A stretch of DNA of 61,769 nucleotides, counting the filler. It is 6 parts of 6 records of this genome, joined end to end, with 100 filler letters (N's around TTAATTAATTAA, not from the genome) between each part and the next. Parts side by side here need not be neighbours in the genome. Positions count along the whole stretch, not along the records: positions 1 to 11,891 come from SRR31156797_15332; positions 11,992 to 21,308 come from SRR31156797_15362; 4 more parts are not named here. One strand, 5' to 3'. The position numbers and the translations under genes are program-made. Under the pieces are notes generated by a model that was not told the DNA's origin, ran no database searches, and was given only the letters and a program-made list of their open reading frames with translations. Shown here piece by piece: positions 9,801 to 19,069 of this stretch. The number at the start of each line of letters is the position of its first letter. Positions within the stretch are counted from its first letter, which is position 1.

Positions 9801-11000
9801 TCAGTGGCTCATTCCGATATTGAAACTGAACCGGCCGGTTGAGGTCTCCACATTCCAGCCGTACATCAGGACGACCGCCGGTATGGCCACCTTCTTGAGA
9901 TTCAGGGTAAGTCCGGCGGCGGGACCGTGATAAAGCTCGTCATCCGCGCTGACGCCGTCCATAAAGCCCAATTGATAAGAGACGGGAAGGGCGATATAGG
10001 CCCAGGAGAAATTCCAGAGCACCGAATTCAGCTGTACGTCGGCCTGTATATTCCTCCGGGCATACACCGTTTCGGGAAGCACTGCGGAGGAAGGCCCCGG
10101 GCTGTGAAAGCCCTCGCCGTCGAAAACATATCCCGTACCCGAAAGGGCGATCTGGAAACGATCTCCCAGAAGCTTCTGGCCAGTGACTCCCACGCTCAGC
10201 GTATGGGAGTCGTCAAAGTCCTTTGCATAGCGGGTATAAGAGTACCGGGAGACCGCCATGAATCCCTCGCTCATGAAACGGCCGAAGTTCAGCTTTCTGT
10301 ACCCCGCGCCCAGCTCGGGCTGATAGAAAACGATCCATTCGTCCTTGAATTCGTAGTCGCTGCTTCCGACATCCATTCCCATGTCCACAAACCATGGCTC
10401 GCCGTTCCAGCGGGCTCCCAGGCCGCCCAGCAGGGTGCTTCTGTCATAGACCAGGATATCATCGTCCCCGTCGCTTGAGGTGATGGTGTCCTCGTTGGCG
10501 GCCCAGGCGAATCTTCCGCTCAGATCCCACGGACTGCCTCCGAATTTCGTGTCCGTATAGCTGAGGGTGAGATAGCGAAAGGTCTCGCCGAACATCCCGC
10601 CGAAGAAGAACTGATTGCCCGTTCCGAAAAGGTTCTGGTCCATCAGGAACAGCCCCCCCCTGGGTTCTCCGTCCCCGCTGGAATAGATGGGGATGGGAAC
10701 AAGGCTGAAGCGGTCCCGGAGAAAGAGAGAGAGGTACGCCTCTTCCCCATTGATTCCCAGATCCACCTTTATCTCTTCGCTCACGAAGAGCCCCGATTCG
10801 ATCAGTCTCTGCCGGACCGTCTCCTCGTCGCCGGCCTGGATCTCGTCACCCTCTTCAAAGCGGATGATCTGACGGACCGTCTTCTCCTTTGTTTTCTTCA
10901 GCTTTCCGTCGATGCTGATGCCTTTGAGTACGGCGGCGCTGAGAGGCATCGTTCCGATGATAACCACCATTAACGCCGTCAGCGTGACAATCTTTCTCAT
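9801..11000 (-). CDS. Short Omp85/BamA-TamA-like outer membrane protein with a single POTRA domain
   Basis: Signal peptide; POTRA signature GKLKKTKEKTVRQ...QRLIESGLF; DQNLFGTG; alternating beta-strand C-terminus FSFNIG. Confidence 0.65.
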   Translation of the reverse strand: MRKIVTLTALMVVIIGTMPLSAAVLKGISIDGKLKKTKEKTVRQIIRFEEGDEIQAGDEETVRQRLIESGLFVSEEIKVDLGINGEEAYLSLFLRDRFSLVPIPIYSSGDGEPRGGLFLMDQNLFGTGNQFFFGGMFGETFRYLTLSYTDTKFGGSPWDLSGRFAWAANEDTITSSDGDDDILVYDRSTLLGGLGARWNGEPWFVDMGMDVGSSDYEFKDEWIVFYQPELGAGYRKLNFGRFMSEGFMAVSRYSYTRYAKDFDDSHTLSVGVTGQKLLGDRFQIALSGTGYVFDGEGFHSPGPSSAVLPETVYARRNIQADVQLNSVLWNFSWAYIALPVSYQLGFMDGVSADDELYHGPAAGLTLNLKKVAIPAVVLMYGWNVETSTGRFSFNIGMSH

Positions 11001-11119
11001 TTTATCTGTATGCTCCTGTTACTGTGATTTCCATTGAGTCCTGAAGGATATAGCATTAATACCCGTAAGATAATAAATATAATATGAATTCGGATAAATT
11101 AACGCTGAACCGCAGCGTT

Positions 11120-11791
11120 TCAATACCGGTTCAGCCCCAGTTTTATGGCCGTCAGGGCCGCCTGGGTCCTGTCTCTCAATCCCAGGGCGTTCAGAATCCC
11201 GGAGACATAGTTCTTGACGGTCCCCTCGGAAAGGTTCAGTTCATCGGCGATCTCCCGGTTGGAGGCGCCTCCGGCGATCAGGGAGAGGATCTCCTTCTCT
11301 CTGGAAGAAAGATTCCCCGCCAGCTCACGCACCACGCTGTTCTCATCCTCTTTCGCTGCCGTTCCGCTCTGCCCCACCCTGTCCATCAGACGGGACATGA
11401 CGGCGGGAGCGACCTGAAAGGTGCCGTTATAGGCCTGCTGAATGGCCCGAACAAGATCCTCGGGAGGCAGATCCTTCATAAGATAGCCCAGCGCTCCGGC
11501 CTGAAGGGATTTCAGAATATACTCCTCATCGTCGAAGGTGGTCAGCATGATCACCTTTCCCCCAAAGCCCTTTTTGAACAGGCTCTGTACGGCGCTGATA
11601 CCGTCCATCACGGGCATCCTGATATCCATAAGGATAACGTCCGGAGTATGCTCCAGGCCTTTACGGACCGCGTCTCTGCCGTCCCCGGCCGAAGCGCAGA
11701 CCTCTATCTCCTCCCGCAGTTTCAAAAGGGATACGATCCCCTCCCGAACCAGTAGCTGATCATCGGCCACCAGGACCTTTATTTTATCCAT
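11120..11791 (-). CDS. NarL/LuxR-family response regulator
   Basis: VADDQ, MDIRMP receiver; LSSREKEIL...GTVKNYVS LuxR HTH. Confidence 0.93.
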   Translation of the reverse strand: MDKIKVLVADDQLLVREGIVSLLKLREEIEVCASAGDGRDAVRKGLEHTPDVILMDIRMPVMDGISAVQSLFKKGFGGKVIMLTTFDDEEYILKSLQAGALGYLMKDLPPEDLVRAIQQAYNGTFQVAPAVMSRLMDRVGQSGTAAKEDENSVVRELAGNLSSREKEILSLIAGGASNREIADELNLSEGTVKNYVSGILNALGLRDRTQAALTAIKLGLNRY

Positions 11792-11891
11792 CGCACTCTC
11801 CTGCCAGCCGGACGGGATCCTTCATCAGGCGAACCTTCAGCTCGCATCCCCTGCCCGGCCCGGTCACAATATCCAGATGGCCTCCCGCCAT
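11784..11891 (-). CDS. C-terminal fragment of a sensor histidine kinase (truncated by contig end)
   Basis: My translation MAGGHLDIVTGPGRGCELKVRL...DG* resembles the end of a HATPase domain; overlaps the regulator start. Confidence 0.7.
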   Translation of the reverse strand: MAGGHLDIVTGPGRGCELKVRLMKDPVRLAGECDG

Positions 11892-11991
11892 NNNNNNNNN
11901 NNNNNNNNNNNNNNNNNNNNNNNNNNNNNNNNNNNTTAATTAATTAANNNNNNNNNNNNNNNNNNNNNNNNNNNNNNNNNNNNNNNNNNNN
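11892..11991. other. Artificial contig spacer
   Basis: 100 nt of N with central TTAATTAATTAA (stops in six frames); composition changes across it. Confidence 0.98.
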
Positions 11992-11994
11992 TAA

Positions 11995-12043
11995 AGACGC
12001 ACGGCCGTGCGTCTCAACGAGTATAATGGCCGTGCGTCTCAAC
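11995..12043. repeat. REP-like perfect palindrome plus partial direct copy
   Basis: AGACGCACGG|CCGTGCGTCT at 11995-12014; GGCCGTGCGTCTCAAC at 12003 and 12028. Confidence 0.7.
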
Positions 12044-12120
12044 AATAACCCCTCCTGCGCTTAAGCTTCGGAGGGCAAGGAATAACTAAATAACGAATAA
12101 CCCAATAACTCTAAACAACA

Positions 12121-13305
12121 TTGTCCCGCGAATTTCACATAGAGATCAACTGCCAGCAACGTAATCACGAAGGTGAACGCATATGTGGCGATGTATTTCT
12201 GAGCCGAAGGGTTAAGGAAGAAAACCGCATCATCGCTGTGCTTTCTGATGGCATGGGACATGGGGTGAAGGCCAATATGCTGGCAACCCTCACTTCAACT
12301 ATGGCACTCAACTTTACCGAGGAACACCAGGACCTGGCCAAGATTGCCGACATCATCATGAACACCCTGCCGGTATGCAGCGAGCGCAAGATCAGCTATG
12401 CCACGTTTACGATTGTTGACATTGAAATTGGCGGGAAAGTAAACATTCTGGAATACGACAATCCGCAGACTTTTATAATCCGGGACAACAAAATTATGGA
12501 ACCAGGGTGGCAATGTTTAATCCTGAATTCCGAAAAAAACCAGGGCAAGGAGTTGCACAGCTGTTCATTTACCCCTGCAAAGGGCGACAGGATTGTTTTT
12601 TGTTCCGACGGGATCACCCAATCCGGTTTGGGTTCCGAAAGATTTCCGTTTGGCTGGGGACGGGACGATATGATTGCTTTTGCATTGGATGAGGTGAGCA
12701 GACATCCGGAGTTATCTGCAACAGAATTGGGAGAGCGGGTTGTGAAAAAAGCGGTGCAAAATGACCGGTTCGAATCGAAGGATGACACCAGTTGCGCCGT
12801 GGTTTATTTTAGGGATCCGCGTAAGCTGTTGATCTGCACAGGCCCGCCTTACGAAAAGGACCGGGATAAAATTTATGCTGATAAGGTAAAATCATTTGAA
12901 GGTAAAAAAGTCCTCTCCGGTGCAACAACGGGTGATATCATCGCACGTGAATGGGGAAAGGAAATAGAAGACACCTTCGATTTTGACGATCCGGACCTGC
13001 CTCCCGTTTCCTTCATGGATGGTGTAGACCTGATCACCGAAGGCATTCTTACCCTAACCAAAGTTTCGAATATTTTAAAATCGTGGAATAACAACACAGA
13101 ACTGGGAAAAGGCCCGGCTGACCTGATCGTAAAAATGATCCTCGAAAGTGATGAAATCGATTTTATCGTCGGAACCCGTATCAACATTGCACATCAGGAT
13201 CCAAACCTGCCACTTGAGTTGGAAATTCGCCGTACTGTAGTAAAAAGAATTGCAGAATTATTGGAGGATAAATTCCTGAAAGAAGTGAAGATGGATTTTA
13301 TCTAG
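12121..13305 (+). CDS. SpoIIE/PP2C-family Ser/Thr phosphatase (hydrogenase-operon HfsC-like type)
   Basis: ICGDVF, LSDGMGHG, CSDG, KDDTS motifs; C-terminal TGPP...TEGILTL...NIAHQDP domain; TTG start. Confidence 0.85.
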   Translation: MSREFHIEINCQQRNHEGERICGDVFLSRRVKEENRIIAVLSDGMGHGVKANMLATLTSTMALNFTEEHQDLAKIADIIMNTLPVCSERKISYATFTIVDIEIGGKVNILEYDNPQTFIIRDNKIMEPGWQCLILNSEKNQGKELHSCSFTPAKGDRIVFCSDGITQSGLGSERFPFGWGRDDMIAFALDEVSRHPELSATELGERVVKKAVQNDRFESKDDTSCAVVYFRDPRKLLICTGPPYEKDRDKIYADKVKSFEGKKVLSGATTGDIIAREWGKEIEDTFDFDDPDLPPVSFMDGVDLITEGILTLTKVSNILKSWNNNTELGKGPADLIVKMILESDEIDFIVGTRINIAHQDPNLPLELEIRRTVVKRIAELLEDKFLKEVKMDFI

Positions 13306-13382
13306 CATTTTCAAAATCGCAATTTATTTTATCCATCTTTCTGAAATTTCATATTTTAGCCACTCAACCAAAAATCAAAAAC

Positions 13383-16300
13383 ATGATCAAAAAGTGGCTA
13401 TCCAACCTTAAAATTCGCCGAAAACTCAATGTGATAACGGCTATTGCATTGCTGAGTATCGTGCTGATGGGTTTTGCAGCAAACTATTTTTACAAAACCG
13501 GTAAGGTACTCACCATGATTATCAATGCTGAGCGAATCCATACCCTGAATATTCAGGTTGGTATCGATTATTTTTACCAGTATCTGCAAAGCGGCGATAC
13601 AGCCCTGATTGACCAATGCTATCAAAATATTGATAAGGCCAATCTTATGGCAGGAACTTTTGGGCAGTCAGTAAAACTGAGCCGCACACTCAGCAGTCAC
13701 GAATTTTCTGAGGTGCTGCTGGAGGCCATTGGTGATGCCATTGACAATGATTTTTCGAACGCCCGGCTCATGGCCCGAAGGATAAACCTGCTGTTATGGC
13801 TCGATAATCCTGAATTAAAGCGGAGCATGGAAGTGGCTGCCCTTGGGGCCGAAAAAGGTGAGAATATCAAAGAAATCATTCATGTTTACATTGAAAATCC
13901 GCAGCCCGAAAAACTTGAAGAACTAAATATTGCTGTAAATGACCTGCATAACTTCTACCGGGAATTTGCAAATTCCATCAATGCAATTACCAACTATGCC
14001 AACAGCCTGCTGATTTGGGGTATCATAATCATTACTTTAGTTTTGGGCTTTATCACCATCGCTTTGGCAGGTTATATCTCCAGGATGATTTCAGGAAATG
14101 TGATGCATTTGGTTGAGCATTTTAAAGCCATTGTAAAAGGAAATATTGATGAACAGATCGAGGTGAAAACCAAGGATGAACTGGGCAGTTTGGCATTATC
14201 ATTTTCAGAGATGCAAATGAGCCTGCGGGAAGTAGTGGATAAAATGCAACAGGTGGCAGATGGCGATTATTCCGTATCGCTTGAGATGAAATCAGACAAG
14301 GACAGGCTCACGGACTCGCTGAATAAAATGACACGTGCTTTGCAGGAAACCTCTGCTGAAAATGAAGCACAAAACTGGTTAAAATCCGGGCAGAATCAAC
14401 TGAATGAAAATATTCGCGGTGAAATTGACTTGATGGAATTAACCACCCGTATCATTACTTTCATGGCCGAATATCTCGACATACAAATCGGGGCGGTTTA
14501 CCTCAAGGAAGAAAAAGAAGATGTGCTGAAGTTGCATGGAAGTTACGCCTTTTCGCACAGGAAACAATTGAACGACCAGTTTAAGATTGGTGAAGGAATC
14601 GTAGGGCAGGCGGCTTTCAGCCGTCAAACCATTTCACTCACCGAATTGCCTGATGATTACACCAGGATCAGATCTGCCACCGGCGATATGCCGCCAAAAA
14701 ATGTGGTGGTGCAGCCATTAATTTATGATCAACAATTGCTTGGTGTTGTTGAGTTGGCTTCAAAAAGTGAGTTTGATACAAAACGTATGGAGTTCATCAA
14801 TTCAGTTTCTGAAACCATTGCCATTAGCATAAACTCATCCAGGTCGCGGGTGAAGCTTAAAGAATTACTCGATGAAACCCAACAACAGGCCGAGGAATTA
14901 CAAACCCAGCAGGAAGAACTGAAGGTGGCCAACGAGGAACTGGAAGAACAAACAAAAGCACTAAAAGAGAACGAAAAAGAGTTGCAAACCCAACAGGAAG
15001 AGCTTCGTGTAACCAACGAGGAACTGGAAGAAAAAACCCATTCACTGGAATTGCAAAAAAAAGAGGTGGCCGACAAGAACAATGTGCTCACCCGCATGAA
15101 AAACGACCTGGAAGATAAAGCAGATCAACTTGAACTGACCAGCAAATACAAGTCGGAATTCCTGGCTAATATGTCACATGAATTACGAACACCGCTCAAT
15201 AGTTTGTTGATACTTTCGAAGAACCTGTTACAAAACAAAAAAGGGAACCTTAACGAAGACCAGCTTGAATCCGTCGAAATCATCCGCAAAAGCGGAATAG
15301 ACCTGCTTACACTCATTAATGAAATTTTAGATCTTTCCAAGATCGAATCCGGTAAAATGAGCCTGAATATCGAGCAGGTAAGTTTTGAATTGATTTCGAA
15401 GAATATCCGGCGCAATTTCGGCCATATGATCAGCGAACGTGGCCTGAACCTGCAGGTTGAAGTGGACCCGAACATGCCATCGGCGATCGAAACCGACATT
15501 GTTCGCTTAGAACAGGTGATCAAAAATCTGGTATCTAATGCCATAAAATTTACCAGCGAAGGACAGATATCAGTAAAATTTGAACCGGCCCCTTCCAGCT
15601 TAAAATATCAAAACCCAAAGGTTATCGCAGAGAATTATTTCGCACTTTCAGTTACTGATACAGGCATTGGTATTCCTCAGGAAAAACAACAACTGATTTT
15701 TGAGGCTTTCCAGCAGGCCGATGGAAGCACATCCCGAAATTATGGAGGTACAGGGTTGGGACTATCAATTTGTAAGGAGATAGCGAAATTGTTTCATGGT
15801 GAGATTCATCTCGAAAGCACCGCAGGAAAAGGATCAACATTTACCATATTCCTGCCCTATCATTTTGAGGACACTCAGCCAAATCCGGAGTATACCGATT
15901 CAGTAGCAGCAAAGCCACCAAAGCCTGTTCAAAAAGCTGCAACCGGTAAAAAGCAAAAACATTTATCGGAGCTACCTCAACTCAAGCCTATTGATGACGA
16001 TCGTCAAAAGATTAAACCCGATGATCGGGTGATCCTGGTGATTGAGGACGATATGAGCTTTGCCCGTATCCTCAGAAATCAGTGTCATGATAAAAAATTT
16101 AAATTCCTGCATGCGCCAACCGGTGAAAATGGCTTGTTACTGGCTGAAAAGTACATTCCCGATGCCATCATCCTCGACATTAAATTACCTGGCATCGATG
16201 GCATTTCGGTGCTCGACCAGATTAAGGACAATCCTAAAATCAGGCACATTCCTGTGCATATGATGTCGGCATTAGAGGAAACGGTAGATGTTTTTCAAAA

Positions 16301-17192
16301 GGGGGCGATCGGGTACCTTACCAAACCCATTGATCCGGGTGAGTTGGATAATGCCTTTGGAAAAATAAAGGATATCCTGGATAAAGAAGTTAAAGACCTT
16401 CTGATAGTGGAAGACAACGATGAAATGCGTATGCAGGTTATCGAAGTTATTGGCCGTGAAGACGTGGAGCCTATTGGTGTTGGGACCGGCAAGGAAGCAC
16501 TCAAACTCATTCGAGAGAAACAATTTGATTGTGTGATCCTTGATCTTGGACTGCCGGATATGTCGGGGTTTGATCTGTTGAAAAAACTTGATGATGAAAA
16601 CATCGAAGTGCCGCCGGTAATCATTTATACCGGGAAGGAGTTAACCCGGGAAGAAAATAGTGAACTGAAAAAATATGCCGAATCCATCATCATCAAGGGT
16701 GTTAAATCGGAGGAGCGACTGCTTGATGAATCGGCACTTTTCCTTCACAGGGTTGTAGATCATCTGCCTTCCAATAAGCAGGAAATCATTACCACACTCC
16801 ATGATAAGGATGCCATTTTCAGGGATAAAAAAGTGTTGGTGGTGGATGATGATATGCGAAACCTGTTTGCTCTGTCGAAAATTCTTGACGAAAAAGGGGT
16901 GCAGGTGGTTGAAGCTGAAAACGGAAAGGTGGCACTCGATAAGTTGAAGAAAGAAAATGGCTTCAGTCTGGTTTTGATGGATATCATGATGCCCGTGATG
17001 GATGGCTACGAAACCATGCGCGCAATAAGAAAGGATACATCCTTTAAAAGCCTGCCCATTATAGCACTCACAGCAAAAGCCATGAAAGATGACTACGAAA
17101 AATGCATAGCAGCCGGGGCTAACGATTATCTCACCAAACCCATCGACATCGGAAAACTTACTTCTTTAATGAGTGTGTGGCTGCATAAATAA
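13383..17192 (+). CDS. Hybrid sensor histidine kinase (TM sensor-HAMP-GAF-HisKA-HATPase-3 x REC)
   Basis: SHELRTPLN H-box, GGTGLGL G2 box, three receivers (IEDD, VEDN, VDDD). Confidence 0.93.
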   Translation: MIKKWLSNLKIRRKLNVITAIALLSIVLMGFAANYFYKTGKVLTMIINAERIHTLNIQVGIDYFYQYLQSGDTALIDQCYQNIDKANLMAGTFGQSVKLSRTLSSHEFSEVLLEAIGDAIDNDFSNARLMARRINLLLWLDNPELKRSMEVAALGAEKGENIKEIIHVYIENPQPEKLEELNIAVNDLHNFYREFANSINAITNYANSLLIWGIIIITLVLGFITIALAGYISRMISGNVMHLVEHFKAIVKGNIDEQIEVKTKDELGSLALSFSEMQMSLREVVDKMQQVADGDYSVSLEMKSDKDRLTDSLNKMTRALQETSAENEAQNWLKSGQNQLNENIRGEIDLMELTTRIITFMAEYLDIQIGAVYLKEEKEDVLKLHGSYAFSHRKQLNDQFKIGEGIVGQAAFSRQTISLTELPDDYTRIRSATGDMPPKNVVVQPLIYDQQLLGVVELASKSEFDTKRMEFINSVSETIAISINSSRSRVKLKELLDETQQQAEELQTQQEELKVANEELEEQTKALKENEKELQTQQEELRVTNEELEEKTHSLELQKKEVADKNNVLTRMKNDLEDKADQLELTSKYKSEFLANMSHELRTPLNSLLILSKNLLQNKKGNLNEDQLESVEIIRKSGIDLLTLINEILDLSKIESGKMSLNIEQVSFELISKNIRRNFGHMISERGLNLQVEVDPNMPSAIETDIVRLEQVIKNLVSNAIKFTSEGQISVKFEPAPSSLKYQNPKVIAENYFALSVTDTGIGIPQEKQQLIFEAFQQADGSTSRNYGGTGLGLSICKEIAKLFHGEIHLESTAGKGSTFTIFLPYHFEDTQPNPEYTDSVAAKPPKPVQKAATGKKQKHLSELPQLKPIDDDRQKIKPDDRVILVIEDDMSFARILRNQCHDKKFKFLHAPTGENGLLLAEKYIPDAIILDIKLPGIDGISVLDQIKDNPKIRHIPVHMMSALEETVDVFQKGAIGYLTKPIDPGELDNAFGKIKDILDKEVKDLLIVEDNDEMRMQVIEVIGREDVEPIGVGTGKEALKLIREKQFDCVILDLGLPDMSGFDLLKKLDDENIEVPPVIIYTGKELTREENSELKKYAESIIIKGVKSEERLLDESALFLHRVVDHLPSNKQEIITTLHDKDAIFRDKKVLVVDDDMRNLFALSKILDEKGVQVVEAENGKVALDKLKKENGFSLVLMDIMMPVMDGYETMRAIRKDTSFKSLPIIALTAKAMKDDYEKCIAAGANDYLTKPIDIGKLTSLMSVWLHK

Positions 17193-17216
17193 ACTATAAA
17201 TTTTCATCATAAATCA

Positions 17217-18824
17217 ATGAAAGATTTGAAACCAAAAATTCTCATCGTCGACGATAAGCTTGAAAACCTCATTGCACTCGAAAAAATGCTGGAAGATCTG
17301 GACGTGGAATTTGTTCGTGCTTTTTCTGGTAACGATGGTCTGATCCAATCGCTCAAGCATGATTATATGCTTGCCATCGTTGATGTGCAAATGCCTGGTA
17401 TGGATGGATTCGAAATGGTATCGATCATGCACGAAAGCCGGAAAACACGGTATATTCCGGTAATTTTTGTGTCAGCAATCTATCGGAAAACTGATCATAT
17501 GGTTCGCGGTATCGAAAGCGGGGCGGTTGATTTTATTTCCAAACCCATCAATGACGATATCCTGCGGGGAAAGGTGAAAATATTCCTGGATCTTTACCTG
17601 CAGAAGCAGGAACGCGAAAACCTGATCCGGCAATTGGAGGCCACACGCGAAAGGCTTGAAGAAGAAAAAGCCAAAGCTGAAAATGCCACCAGGGCAAAAT
17701 CGATGTTCCTGGCCAGTATGAGCCATGAAATTCGCACACCACTCAATGGTATTGTGGGTATGATCGACATCCTGAAGAACACCAGGGAAATTGAAAAATT
17801 CGGCGAATACCTGGATATCATTGAAATTTCGGCAGATAACCTGTTGAACATCATCAACGATATCCTGGATTTTTCAAAAATCGAATCTGATCAGATCGAC
17901 CTGGAAGAGATCAGTTTCAACATACATGATGAAATCAATAATGTTGTGAAAATATTGGGCCTTAAAGCTTCAGGAAAGGGGCTCGATTTTTCGGCTGATA
18001 TTTCTGAACAAGTTCCGCAAACGGTAGTTGGCGATCCCGTGAGATTTAAGCAAATATTGATAAACCTGGCAAATAACGCCATTAAGTTTACAGATAAAGG
18101 GTTTGTAAAAATTAAAGTCGATTCAAAAATCACCAGCGAGAAAAAGGTGTTTCTCGATTGCAGGGTTATCGATAGTGGTATCGGAATATCCGGCGAAGGC
18201 AAAACGCGGTTGTTTAAAGAATTTTCGCAGACCGATAAATCCACCACCAGAAAGTTTGGCGGCACGGGACTTGGGTTGGCAATCTCGAAAAAACTCACAA
18301 GCATGATGGGTGGCAATATTGGTGTTGAAAGCGAACAGGGAAAGGGTTCCGAGTTTTGGTTCAATGTTTTGATGGATCCGGTAACCGATGAGGCAGGTAA
18401 AGGAAAAACCGAGAAATCGCCGCGAAAATCCTCATCCAAAACGCTCCATGTGTTGCTTGTTGACGACAACCTGATCAACCGGAAGGTGGCCCTGTTTAAT
18501 TTGCAAAAGCTTGGCCACAGGGTTGAATCGGCTGAAAATGGGCAGGAGGCCGTGGATAAATACCAGGCCGGTGATTTTGATGCCATATTGATGGATATCC
18601 AGATGCCCGTGATGGACGGCTACCAGGCAACCACAGAAATCAGAGATATCGAAACCAAGCAACCTGAAAAGGATTCGATAAAAATAATTGCCATGACAGC
18701 CAACGCCGAGAAAAGTGAAATGGCAAAATGCATCGAGCTGGGCATGGACGATTACCTGAGCAAACCCTTTAAACCAGAAGATTTGGGAGAAGTGTTACAG
18801 CGGCAGTTTGATGCAAAGGAATAA
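17217..18824 (+). CDS. Hybrid kinase REC-HisKA-HATPase-REC
   Basis: IVDD...DVQMP; SHEIRTPLN; GGTGLGL; C-terminal DIQMP receiver. Confidence 0.93.
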   Translation: MKDLKPKILIVDDKLENLIALEKMLEDLDVEFVRAFSGNDGLIQSLKHDYMLAIVDVQMPGMDGFEMVSIMHESRKTRYIPVIFVSAIYRKTDHMVRGIESGAVDFISKPINDDILRGKVKIFLDLYLQKQERENLIRQLEATRERLEEEKAKAENATRAKSMFLASMSHEIRTPLNGIVGMIDILKNTREIEKFGEYLDIIEISADNLLNIINDILDFSKIESDQIDLEEISFNIHDEINNVVKILGLKASGKGLDFSADISEQVPQTVVGDPVRFKQILINLANNAIKFTDKGFVKIKVDSKITSEKKVFLDCRVIDSGIGISGEGKTRLFKEFSQTDKSTTRKFGGTGLGLAISKKLTSMMGGNIGVESEQGKGSEFWFNVLMDPVTDEAGKGKTEKSPRKSSSKTLHVLLVDDNLINRKVALFNLQKLGHRVESAENGQEAVDKYQAGDFDAILMDIQMPVMDGYQATTEIRDIETKQPEKDSIKIIAMTANAEKSEMAKCIELGMDDYLSKPFKPEDLGEVLQRQFDAKE

Positions 18825-18854
18825 GCAATCCGGTTATTTATTTTTGCATGGGAA

Positions 18855-18968
18855 TTTAGTTTTCAAGGGTAAATTGGGGCTAATGCTTTTAGTTTTCCAA
18901 CCCAATTACACACTTTTAGATTTAGAAATACAACCCAAATTTAGGATTTCATTTTAGTTTTCCAACCC
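18855..18968. repeat. Four imperfect direct repeats at 32-33 bp period
   Basis: TTTAG-initiated 16-mers at 18855, 18888, 18921, 18953; copies 2 and 4 identical (TTTAGTTTTCCAACCC). Confidence 0.6.
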
Positions 18969-19069
18969 TGTTTTGTTTCCCTGTTTTTCATTTAATGGGG
19001 TGGTTTCCATAAAATCCATTGCAATTCATAACTTTGTGACATACATCATCAAAACAAAAAATACAAATT

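Noticed and set aside
11936-11947. TTAATTAATTAA motif recurring five times
   Set aside because: Always centred in a 100-nt N spacer; an artificial linker. ORFs running into X stretches are truncated, not real ends.
14880-15040. Duplicated ELQTQQEEL..NEELEE sequence in the kinase
   Set aside because: Ordinary coiled-coil repeat typical of this hybrid-kinase family.
18855-18968. CRISPR-like array
   Set aside because: Repeats are 16 nt and degenerate with about 17-nt gaps, and there are no cas genes; kept only as a possible operator array.
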